Source of the DNA: Planctomycetota bacterium | Lineage (GTDB): Bacteria; Planctomycetota; UBA1135; UBA2386 | Reading direction: 5' to 3' | Length of the DNA: 64,000 bases | Assembly: GCA_947501605.1 (NCBI GenBank) | Contig: CANMWZ010000003.1 | Coordinates: forward strand, 64,001 to 128,000 | Shown here: one piece after another, positions 17,700 to 26,424 of the stretch | How positions within the stretch are numbered: the first letter of the stretch is position 1 | How the letters are laid out: every line of letters begins with the position of its first letter | The notes under the pieces: model-generated | The model's input: only the letters and a program-made list of their open reading frames with translations | The model's database searches: none | What the model was told of the DNA's origin: nothing | Made by a program: the position numbers and the translations under genes

Positions 17700-18884
17700 G
17701 TGCGCAGAACCCGCGTTGCGATCCTCGGCTCGACCGGCTCCATCGGAACTCAGGCCCTCGCCATCCTCGCGGAGCACCGGGACCGCTTCGAGGCGGTCGC
17801 CCTGCAGGCGCACAGCGCCGGTGCCGCCATCGCCCAGCAAGCGCGCGAGTTCGGCGTCCCCGCCGCCTGCTTGACTGGGACAGACAGGCCCCCGGAAGCG
17901 CTACCACCTGGCACTCGCTTCCACACCGGGCAGGACGGATTGATCGCCATGCTCGATGCGACGGAGCCAGATGTGGTCCTGAACGGCATCACCGGCGCGG
18001 CGGGCCTACGCGCCTCGGAATGGACGCTCCTGGCCGGCCGTCGGTTGGCGCTCGCCAACAAAGAATCCCTGGTGCTCGCAGGGCCCTACCTGATGGGGCT
18101 CGCAGCCCGCACCGGTTCCGAGATCCTGCCGGTTGACAGCGAACACTGCGCGATCCACCAGTGCCTACGCGCTGGGCGGCGCAGCGAAGTACGCCGCATC
18201 CACCTCACCGGTTCGGGCGGGCCGTTCCGCCTCAGGGCGCTCGAGACCTTCGCCTCGATCACACCGCAAGAGGCCTTGCGTCACCCGACCTGGTCGATGG
18301 GGCCGCGCATCACGATCGGTAGCGCGACGATGATGAACAAGGCATTCGAAGTGCTGGAGGCCCACTGGCTCTTTGGACTCCAAGCCGAACAAATCCAAGT
18401 AGTGCTACACCCGCAGAGCATCGTTCACTCCATGGTCGAGTTCATCGACGGCTCCATCGTCGCCCAGTGTGGCTTGCCCGACATGAGGCTACCGATCCTC
18501 TATTGCCTTGGCTGGCCGGACCGCTTGCCGCTCGCTTTCGAGCCATTCGATCCAGCACGCTGGGCCCGGCTCGAGTTCCAGCCTGTCGAACCGGAGCGTT
18601 ATCCGGCAATTGCACTGGCCTTCGACGTCCTTCGGCTCGGTGGTGATTCAGGTGCCGTGCTCAATGCAGCCGATGAGGTGCTGACACGGAGATTCCTCGA
18701 CGGTGCCGTGCCCTTCCCCTCGATCGCCACGACTGCCGCCTCGATTCTGCGCGCGCGTACGCCGCGGAGCATTCTCGGGCTCCAGGATGTGCTCCGAGCC
18801 GATCGCGAAGGGCGCGATGCTGCCGAGCGGCTCACCGCGAACACCCTCAACGACCTGCACAGCGAGCGCAGCAACCGCCCATGA
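17700..18884 (+). CDS. dxr: 1-deoxy-D-xylulose 5-phosphate reductoisomerase
   Basis: ILGSTGSIG, LANKESLV, PVDSEH, GSGGPFR, HPTWSMG, SATMMNK and IVHSMVEF. Confidence 0.97.
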   Translation: MRRTRVAILGSTGSIGTQALAILAEHRDRFEAVALQAHSAGAAIAQQAREFGVPAACLTGTDRPPEALPPGTRFHTGQDGLIAMLDATEPDVVLNGITGAAGLRASEWTLLAGRRLALANKESLVLAGPYLMGLAARTGSEILPVDSEHCAIHQCLRAGRRSEVRRIHLTGSGGPFRLRALETFASITPQEALRHPTWSMGPRITIGSATMMNKAFEVLEAHWLFGLQAEQIQVVLHPQSIVHSMVEFIDGSIVAQCGLPDMRLPILYCLGWPDRLPLAFEPFDPARWARLEFQPVEPERYPAIALAFDVLRLGGDSGAVLNAADEVLTRRFLDGAVPFPSIATTAASILRARTPRSILGLQDVLRADREGRDAAERLTANTLNDLHSERSNRP

Positions 18885-20710
18885 ACGACTTCGGCAACGG
18901 CCTGCTCGTGGCCCTCGGCATCGGCATGCTGATCTTCGTCCACGAGTTGGGTCACTACCTCGCGGCGCGCTGGATCGGTGCACGGGTCGAAGTTTTCTCC
19001 CTTGGCTTCGGCCCGCGCCTCCTCGGCTTTCGCCGCGGTCCGACCGACTACCGACTGTCCCTGATCCCGCTTGGCGGCTACGTCGCCGTCGCCGGCCAGG
19101 ATCCGGACGACCACCAACACCTTCTGGAACACAGCCTCCAGGACAAGTCCGTCGGCCAGCGGTTCTTGTTCTTCTGCGGTGGGGTCGTGATGAACCTGTT
19201 GTTCGCGCTGGTCGCCTTCCCGATCGCCTTCGGCAATGGTGTCAGCTTTCCGGCGCCGGTGATCGGCAACGTGGCGCTCGGCGGCGCCGCCTGGGAAGCC
19301 GGCCTTCAAAGGGGCGACCGCGTGCTGGCCGTGCACGGGAAGTCGATGTACTCGTTCGAGAACTTGGTCGTCGAGATCGCCCTCTCGGGTGGTCGACCAG
19401 TTCCGATGCTCGTCGATCGGAACGGCGAGCCGAGAGCGATCGAAGTGCTCCCGCGCTACAGCGCGACCGATGGCCTGTACGGCGTGGGCATCGAGATGGC
19501 GGTGAGCGAGGCACCGACCACGCTCGTGATCGCACCAGGAGGCCCGGCCGCGCTCGCAGGATTCGAGACGGGCGATGAACTTCTGCAGATCGACGGCAAG
19601 ACCGCGACGATCGACGGGCCCCCAGACGACGAAACACAACTGCACCTTCAAGAGGGGAGACCGGTAGAGCTGCGCGTCCGCCGCAAGGCCAAGGACGGAA
19701 CGGTCTCCGAGATTGCCGCGGCGGTCATGCCGCTGCCGCGCACTTCGGAGCGCGCCCTTCTTGGCGTCGAGCCATTGCGCCGTTTGGTTGGCGGAATCCG
19801 ACCCGGCTTCCACGTCGTCGATCAACTCGGGCTACTTCGCAACGACGTGGTACTCGCGATCGATGGCCAGACGTTCCGCGGGCAGGACCTGAAGTCTCCC
19901 CTGCCGTCGGGCGCTCTCCGACTCCTCGTCCAACGCGGCGATCGGCGCCTTGAGCTCAGCGCCCCCGCCACCGACGAAGATCGCGCCAAGTTCGCGGACT
20001 ACGTGGCCCTGCTGCCTGACTTCGAAGCCACCGCGCTGAAGCCGATGCCCGAGGGCGCTGCAATCGACGCGGGGATTGCAGCCGGGGATCGCCTCCTGTC
20101 CATCGACGGCGCTGCGGTTTCGACGTGGATCCAATTGCAAGCAGTCGTGCGCAAGGCCGGCAATCGCCCGCTGCGTGTCGAGATCGAGCAGCTGCCCGAT
20201 TTGCCCGGAAGCCCAGCAAAGACACGGACCCTCACACTGTCCCCGCGGCAGCCCATTGCACACGACTACGGCTACATCCGGCAAGTGGAGCGTCTTCGCA
20301 ACGAAGTGCAGGCGAGCAGCACACTCGACGCGATGCGACTTGGCAGTATCTGCGCCCTGGATCTGATCAAGCAGCTCTACGTGACGATGAAGCGACTGCT
20401 GACCGGAGAGGTCGCCGCCAGCAACCTCGGCGGGATCATCCAGATCAGCCGAGTGAGCTACCAGAACACGCAGTGGGGTCTGCCCCGCTTCCTCTACTTC
20501 CTGGCACTGCTGAGCATCAATCTCGCGTTCGTCAACGTGCTGCCGATCCCGGTCCTCGACGGCGGTCACTTGCTGTTTCTGCTGATCGAACGCATCAAGG
20601 GCTCGCCCGTCAGCGTGCGCATCTTCAACTACAGTCAGGTGCTCGGGCTGGTCCTCGTGCTGGCCCTTGTCGTGTTCGTCACCTACAACGACATCCTGCG
20701 CCTTCTGTAG
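18881..20710 (+). CDS. rseP: site-2 (M50) intramembrane metalloprotease with expanded PDZ array
   Basis: HELGH, FSLGFGP, PLGGYV and NVLPIPVLDGG; four PDZ-like GD..L.IDG segments; classic dxr-rseP order with ATGA overlap. Confidence 0.92.
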   Translation: MNDFGNGLLVALGIGMLIFVHELGHYLAARWIGARVEVFSLGFGPRLLGFRRGPTDYRLSLIPLGGYVAVAGQDPDDHQHLLEHSLQDKSVGQRFLFFCGGVVMNLLFALVAFPIAFGNGVSFPAPVIGNVALGGAAWEAGLQRGDRVLAVHGKSMYSFENLVVEIALSGGRPVPMLVDRNGEPRAIEVLPRYSATDGLYGVGIEMAVSEAPTTLVIAPGGPAALAGFETGDELLQIDGKTATIDGPPDDETQLHLQEGRPVELRVRRKAKDGTVSEIAAAVMPLPRTSERALLGVEPLRRLVGGIRPGFHVVDQLGLLRNDVVLAIDGQTFRGQDLKSPLPSGALRLLVQRGDRRLELSAPATDEDRAKFADYVALLPDFEATALKPMPEGAAIDAGIAAGDRLLSIDGAAVSTWIQLQAVVRKAGNRPLRVEIEQLPDLPGSPAKTRTLTLSPRQPIAHDYGYIRQVERLRNEVQASSTLDAMRLGSICALDLIKQLYVTMKRLLTGEVAASNLGGIIQISRVSYQNTQWGLPRFLYFLALLSINLAFVNVLPIPVLDGGHLLFLLIERIKGSPVSVRIFNYSQVLGLVLVLALVVFVTYNDILRLL

Positions 20711-20737
20711 TCGGCAGTGCCGGCCCCGGGCGCCACC

Positions 20738-21610
20738 ATGGCCGCCCTGCTGCCCTACCTTCGTCTGCTGCGAGCAGGCACACTGTTCTCCCCAGCCGCC
20801 GACGTCATCGCCGGCCGGTGCATTGTGGCCCATGCCACCGGCCTTGCAGTCTGGTCCGATGGCACCGCCATGGCCGCGCTGTGTAGCGTGCTCCTCTATG
20901 CCGGTGGCATGGTCTGCAACGACGTCGCCGATGTCGCCGAGGACCGTCGGCGGCGCCCCGAGCGTCCGATCCCAAGTGGCGCGATCGCGCGCCCGGTCGC
21001 CGCGACTCTGGCGCTACTCCTGCTCACGAGCGGCGTGGCACTGTCCCCCATGCCAAGCCACCATGCTGTGATCGCAGTCTTGGTGTTGGCTTACGACTTC
21101 GCCTGCAAGCGCAACATCTTCGCCGGGGCCCTGACGATGGGCATCCTGCGGGCACTCAATCTCGCGACGGCCGCCGCGCCGGTCTGGGAGAGTTGCCCCA
21201 TGCCGCTCGCCATCGCCGCGCTGTGCTACGGCGTCTACATCTTCGCGGTCACGATCCTCGGAACCTTCGAGGACGACCCCACAGTGCGCCCGCGGACCGT
21301 CGTTGCGATCCAGGCAGCGCCGATGTGGGCGGCGCTCGGAGGCCTCTTGGCCGTTCAGGACGGGCTGTGGCCCGCGCCCATGCTCGCGCTAGTGCCCATC
21401 ATCGGCCTCGCCCGCCGCAACCGCTCGATCCAACGATGGGACACCAACGCCATCCGAGGGTCGATGGGCTTCCTGCTCCTCGGCACCATGGTCTACACCG
21501 CGCTCTTGTGCGCCGCGGCCGACCGCTGGTTCGAAACCACAGCGATCAGCTGCTGCATACCGCTAGCCCGCACCGTCACCAAGCGCTTGCGTCTCCGCGT
21601 GATGACCTGA
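20738..21610 (+). CDS. UbiA-family prenyltransferase (EboC-like)
   Basis: YAGGMVCNDVAD..ED...RPERPIPSG Asp-rich motif; YD...K; MG..RALN; multiple TMs. Confidence 0.8.
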   Translation: MAALLPYLRLLRAGTLFSPAADVIAGRCIVAHATGLAVWSDGTAMAALCSVLLYAGGMVCNDVADVAEDRRRRPERPIPSGAIARPVAATLALLLLTSGVALSPMPSHHAVIAVLVLAYDFACKRNIFAGALTMGILRALNLATAAAPVWESCPMPLAIAALCYGVYIFAVTILGTFEDDPTVRPRTVVAIQAAPMWAALGGLLAVQDGLWPAPMLALVPIIGLARRNRSIQRWDTNAIRGSMGFLLLGTMVYTALLCAAADRWFETTAISCCIPLARTVTKRLRLRVMT

Positions 21611-21625
21611 GACCCGGGCGAGCCC

Positions 21626-22411
21626 TCAGCGAGGCTGCGGGCGGCGCGCGTTCCGCGCGGCGTCGGCCTCGTCCTTCGTCATCTGGCCCTTCTTGACCAG
21701 CTTGTCCAGTGCGCGTTGAAAGCGATCCTGGTCGGCGGCGCCGTCCACCGCGCGCGGGCCCTGCTCTGGCCGGACCTCGGCCACGAGGTGGTCCTCGATA
21801 TCAGGGTGCGTCGGAGCCAAGCCTGCAACCGGCGGGCTCATGGCATCCAGGACGTTCGTGCGTGTCTTGGTTTCGAGCGACGCACTCCCGGCGCCCTCTT
21901 GCGGCAGTTGCGCCAACAGGTCACGGCGAACCGCGTCGAGGCTCTGTGCCATCGGATCTTCGCCGAGGTGTTTGTTGGTGCCGGCCGTCCCTGCCCTGCG
22001 GAACTCGTCGAGCAGCGTGCCAACGAGATTGTGCATCAGCGGTTCGATCACCTGTTCGGCGGTCGACGACGTGTTGTTCTTCAACACCTCGGTGACCAGA
22101 CTCTGAACCCGCGTAATGGACTCGCGCAAGAAGTCGGCCATCTCCTGGCCAAGTCGCGAGTCGATCTGCACCTTGGCACTCGATGCGACCTTCTGCACGA
22201 TGTCGGCGGCCATGCGAGTAGCCGACTCGAAGAAGTCCTTCATCTCGAGGCTTAGTCGACGGTCGCGAATCTCGCGCAGTTCGACCTCCTCCAACTCCTG
22301 CAGGGCATTGGCTGGCCCCGACAAGGAGCGCTGCCCGGCGTTGCCAAGGCGCCGCATGCGTTCGCGCTCGCGCCGATAGTTATCGAACCCGTCACCCGTT
22401 CCCTGGTGCAT
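21626..22411 (-). CDS. hypothetical helical/coiled-coil protein
   Basis: GAGGGG SD, coding-like composition, fills the gap between convergent genes; no recognisable motif. Confidence 0.65.
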   Translation of the reverse strand: MHQGTGDGFDNYRRERERMRRLGNAGQRSLSGPANALQELEEVELREIRDRRLSLEMKDFFESATRMAADIVQKVASSAKVQIDSRLGQEMADFLRESITRVQSLVTEVLKNNTSSTAEQVIEPLMHNLVGTLLDEFRRAGTAGTNKHLGEDPMAQSLDAVRRDLLAQLPQEGAGSASLETKTRTNVLDAMSPPVAGLAPTHPDIEDHLVAEVRPEQGPRAVDGAADQDRFQRALDKLVKKGQMTKDEADAARNARRPQPR

Positions 22412-22458
22412 ATCATCCCCTCGCGGTGTTGACCGCGCGATGACGAGCTATCGGCCAG

Positions 22459-23808
22459 CTAGCCGCCGGTCTTGACGCGCGTTGCCACCAGCCGCCGGAG
22501 ATGCTCGAGTGCCAATTCGCGCGTCGGCTCGGTGCCATCGATCGCTTCGAGCTCGAGTTCGACGGCCTTCAGGATCTGCCCCACGGCGGGACCTTCCAGT
22601 ACACCGGCAGCGAGAACGTCCGCACCCGTCAACAGCGCTTCGCGAATGGGCGGCAGGGCAGCGACCATTGCGGTGACCGCCTCGTGGATCGACAGATCAC
22701 CATGGCTACCAAGGCAGTCGGCCCGATGGAAGGCGAGGTGCTTCTCGAACAGTGAGTCGCGCAACCAGCGTTCACGTCGGCGCGGTCGCATCTGCAACAG
22801 ACTCGCCATACGAATGTGGTCGCGGCAGATCTCAACGACAGCGCGGCGCAGGACCTTCGGCGCGTGCAACCTCTCCAGTACGACTTCGGCCATCTGGGCC
22901 GACAGCACGTCGTGCCCGTCGAATCGGATGCGATCCTCAGCGACCCGAAACGTCGGCGGCTTGCCGATGTCGTGGAGCAGCGCACTCCACGCGAGGACCG
23001 GGTCATGCTCGGGCACTTGCTCGAGTACCAACGCGACGTGCGTCAGCACGCAACCCTCCGGATGGTACTGCGGTGGCTGCGGCACACCGGCCATCGCTGC
23101 CACCTCAGGCAGCAACACCGCGGCAAAGCCCCACGCAACGAACCGGTGCAACGCCGCGCCGCGGCCTGCTCCGCTGAACGTGTTCGTGAGCTCGTCGTAG
23201 ACGCGCTCGGGCGAGAGTCGCAGCAACTCCGGCGCCAGCAACTGAGCTGCCGAAAGCGTCTCGCCTTCGACCTCGAAGGACAGTCGCGCGGCGAAGCGCC
23301 ATAACCGCAGCAACCGCAAAGGATCTTCGGAGAGTCGGCGCGATGCTGGCCCGATCGCCCGCAGGAGACGTCGATCCAGATCGGCCAGACCACCCAACGG
23401 ATCGATGAGCGTTCCGGTCACCGCGTCGGCGTAGATCGCATTGCAGGTGAAGTCTCGGCGCACAGCGTCGATTGCCAGATCGCGAACGAACTTGACGCGA
23501 TCCGGGCGCCGATGGTCGGTGTAGTCCGCTTCCGCCCGAAGCGTCGTGACCACCACCGGTACTGGCAGCCCCAACAGGCGGCACGCTCCGAGGTGTGCAT
23601 CTTGCAAGTCAGCCTCGGGCAGGACGGCTGCGACTTGCTCTGGCAGCAAGTCCGTGGCGACATCGAAATCACGCACCGTCGTCTGGAGCAGCAGATCGCG
23701 CACCGTGCCGCCGACCAACCAAGATCGACCACCAGCAGCTGCAAGGCGCCGGAGCACGTCGTGCACTGCGATTGGGATCTGCGCAGCGTCGAGCTTCACT
23801 GCAGGCAT
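22459..23808 (-). CDS. cca: CCA-adding enzyme / poly(A) polymerase family nucleotidyltransferase with HD domain
   Basis: LVGGTVRDLL, DFDVAT, RRDFTCNA, EDPLRLLR, QPPQYHPEG and LLHDIGKP. Confidence 0.88.
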   Translation of the reverse strand: MPAVKLDAAQIPIAVHDVLRRLAAAGGRSWLVGGTVRDLLLQTTVRDFDVATDLLPEQVAAVLPEADLQDAHLGACRLLGLPVPVVVTTLRAEADYTDHRRPDRVKFVRDLAIDAVRRDFTCNAIYADAVTGTLIDPLGGLADLDRRLLRAIGPASRRLSEDPLRLLRLWRFAARLSFEVEGETLSAAQLLAPELLRLSPERVYDELTNTFSGAGRGAALHRFVAWGFAAVLLPEVAAMAGVPQPPQYHPEGCVLTHVALVLEQVPEHDPVLAWSALLHDIGKPPTFRVAEDRIRFDGHDVLSAQMAEVVLERLHAPKVLRRAVVEICRDHIRMASLLQMRPRRRERWLRDSLFEKHLAFHRADCLGSHGDLSIHEAVTAMVAALPPIREALLTGADVLAAGVLEGPAVGQILKAVELELEAIDGTEPTRELALEHLRRLVATRVKTGG

Positions 23809-23829
23809 GCCGGTCACCATACTGTGCGT

Positions 23830-24507
23830 ATGCACGCTGAGCGTTCGCAAACGCAAACCGACGAGGGGTTCCAAGACCCGTCGCTGCCGGCTCGACTACC
23901 CACTAGCCCCTTGACGTGGTACGTCCTACTCGGCTTGACGCTGCTGGTCGGCACATTCACGCTGATCTTCTACACAGCGGGGCGGTCCGCACGCGCCGAG
24001 ACGCGTGGAGACCAGTTGGCCGCGCTGTTGCTCCACGAAGCTCGCCAGATCGCCCCAATCGATTGGGACGCCACTTGGCAACGCGAACTCCTCAGCGCCA
24101 GGTTGATCGCAGCGGCGATCAGCTCGGCCGTCTTCGTGGAGGACCTTGAGTTACGGGAAGGCCACGAAGATGCCAGCATCGCATTCTTCAACAAGCACTA
24201 CTGCATCGAGGTGCGGCCCTCGCCTCGAACAGAGCCCGACACCGAACCCGACGACGCGGACCCAGCGCTCGAGGTAGTGGCTTGGCCGCGCAGCACGGTC
24301 GGTCCGGCAACTTCCGTGTTCTTCCACCCCGAGGACGCAGAATCCGCCTACTCGCGCAACTTGCAGGCTGGCTACGTGGACAACCAAGTGGACAAGCATC
24401 CGGCTCCTGGTTTCCCCCATCGCCGCAATGACGGCCATCTCGGCGCGTGGGACTATCGCGGCTACGATGACGAGCGGTGGCTGTTGCGCGAGCGACCTAC
24501 GCGCTAG
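23830..24507 (+). CDS. hypothetical single-pass membrane protein
   Basis: One N-terminal TM (WYVLLGLTLLVGTFTLIFY) followed by a soluble domain; divergent from cca. Confidence 0.6.
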   Translation: MHAERSQTQTDEGFQDPSLPARLPTSPLTWYVLLGLTLLVGTFTLIFYTAGRSARAETRGDQLAALLLHEARQIAPIDWDATWQRELLSARLIAAAISSAVFVEDLELREGHEDASIAFFNKHYCIEVRPSPRTEPDTEPDDADPALEVVAWPRSTVGPATSVFFHPEDAESAYSRNLQAGYVDNQVDKHPAPGFPHRRNDGHLGAWDYRGYDDERWLLRERPTR

Positions 24508-24529
24508 CCCGGAGCCCTGACTCGCACCC

Positions 24530-26251
24530 TCAGAAGTACTCGAACAAGAAGTCCTTCACGACGGCGCGAAACGAGGGGTCCTCGGTCTTGTTGGCAGCGT
24601 CCTGGAATCGCGTGAGCCGCCTGACATCGTCCAAATCGAGCCAGGAACGCGCCAACGAGTTCAGGGCCTGGATGCGCAACTGCGGTGACTCTCCGGCGTC
24701 GAACAGCACTGCGCGCATGAGATCGGAGATCGGCTTGGCGACGGCCGCATCGTTGCGTTCGACGGCGATGCCGGCCAGCGCCTGCAGGTAGAGTGCGCGC
24801 CGGACGTAGTCATCCTTCTGTAGCTCCTTCCAGAACGACAGCAACTCTGCTTCTTGGCCGCGCAGGTTGGGCAGGATCACCGGGATGTAATCGACCGTGT
24901 CCAGTTGCTCCCCCATCGAGTCCTGCTTGCTCACGGACCGCTTCGGGGCGACGTACAGATCGAACAACGCGCGCGCGGCGCCAGGTGCGTGGCTCAGGGC
25001 CAGCGCGATCAGAAACTGGCGTCCTTCTTCTGGCGGGGCCGCTAGGAATCGCTCACGAAACAGCGCCACGCAGCGCGGATCACCGCTCGCGCCCAGAAGT
25101 CGTAGCAACAGTTGCAGCCGGGTTCCCGTCGCTGTGGCAACGGATTCGATCACGAGCGTCACGGCATCGGGCCGACCGCGGCGGGTCAACTCACGCAGCG
25201 CGATCGACTTGGTCTCCAGCAATTCGTCAGTGCCCGCGAGCACTTCGAAGGTCCGCGTGACGTCGTCGCCTTCGACGCCGTCCAGCGCTTCGGCGACGCC
25301 CAAGCGAATCTCCGGACGAGCATGGGTCGAGAGCCGCAGGATGTCCTCCCGCAGCACCCCAAACTCGCGACCGCGCAACTGCTTCAGCGCGCGCGCAACC
25401 ACGAGCGGGTCGTCGGCGATCAGCTCGTTGCGCAGCCAGAGTGTCGCGGAGGTCTTGCCACCGGAGTGCATCACCCCGGCCACTACATCCTTGAACTCAC
25501 CATTGGCGAATTCCCAGATCTGCTCCAGGACCTCGGCACCCTTCACCGGCGGCAGTTGCAGAGTCTCTTGCATCACAAGGTCGCGGAGCGCCACTGGCGT
25601 TTCCGGCGTCATCAGGTGCTGGTAGAGCGACACAACTTCGTCTGGCAACCGCAACCTCGCCGCGCGCAACCAAGCAATCCGTGCCCGGCCGTCCATACCG
25701 GTGAGGAAGAGTGGAGTCGTTGCCCGGACGGTCGCCGCGCTGCCCGACGTGGCCAGTGCCGCAAAGGCCGCTTGGCGGACGCCAGAGTCCGGGTGCTCCA
25801 TCGCTCGGCGCAGTGCGTCATCGAACTCGACGCGCCCCATGCGACTCATCGCTTCGACGGCGTTGCGGACGACGTCCACGAGCGCCGGTTGGCTGAAGCA
25901 CCGGTCCATCAGCTCGATCAATACCTCGATTGCCTCGTCCGGTGCGCGACCGAAGAAGTCGGTCGCCATCAGCCAGACTTCGCGCTTGGTGTTGCCTTGC
26001 AGGTTCGCCACGACCCGTTCCAGGGACTGCCGGCGCGAACGCACATAGACGGGCGCTGGGTTGACCGCCGGCAGGTTGACGACGACCGGATAGTCGTCGT
26101 GCCACACCTTGAAGGCATAGTGAGGCCGCGCAGACTGCGGCGGTAGCTCCGGCGCGGTTGGCTCCGCTTTGAGGTCTGGCGCCTGCTGCGCCTGCACAAG
26201 GGCGCCAATGGCAAGGGCGAGAACGGCGCGAGAGCAGAGGGTCCAGTTCAC
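24530..26251 (-). CDS. secreted HEAT-repeat protein
   Basis: Signal peptide (ALVQA/QQA); HPDSGVRQAAFAAL and HARPEIRLGVAEAL HEAT-like repeats. Confidence 0.75.
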   Translation of the reverse strand: MNWTLCSRAVLALAIGALVQAQQAPDLKAEPTAPELPPQSARPHYAFKVWHDDYPVVVNLPAVNPAPVYVRSRRQSLERVVANLQGNTKREVWLMATDFFGRAPDEAIEVLIELMDRCFSQPALVDVVRNAVEAMSRMGRVEFDDALRRAMEHPDSGVRQAAFAALATSGSAATVRATTPLFLTGMDGRARIAWLRAARLRLPDEVVSLYQHLMTPETPVALRDLVMQETLQLPPVKGAEVLEQIWEFANGEFKDVVAGVMHSGGKTSATLWLRNELIADDPLVVARALKQLRGREFGVLREDILRLSTHARPEIRLGVAEALDGVEGDDVTRTFEVLAGTDELLETKSIALRELTRRGRPDAVTLVIESVATATGTRLQLLLRLLGASGDPRCVALFRERFLAAPPEEGRQFLIALALSHAPGAARALFDLYVAPKRSVSKQDSMGEQLDTVDYIPVILPNLRGQEAELLSFWKELQKDDYVRRALYLQALAGIAVERNDAAVAKPISDLMRAVLFDAGESPQLRIQALNSLARSWLDLDDVRRLTRFQDAANKTEDPSFRAVVKDFLFEYF

Positions 26252-26424
26252 GGGGTTTCGGACTCGAACAAAGGACGGCGGCCAGGAGAGCCTATCGGCC
26301 AGGACGTAATCAGGCAGAAGCTGGCGCCCGGAAACTCCATTTAGCCAAGGACGGCGGCACGGTCACGGCAACTCCATGTCCTCGGCAGGGCACTCGAGAA
26401 CGCTCGGTTCCCTCCGCTGGAGTC

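Noticed and set aside
26330..26390. Fluoride-riboswitch-like ATGGAGTT seed and a GTTCGAGTCC T-loop-like string near 26260
   Set aside because: The flanking stem and pseudoknot of the crcB motif and a tRNA cloverleaf could not be built.
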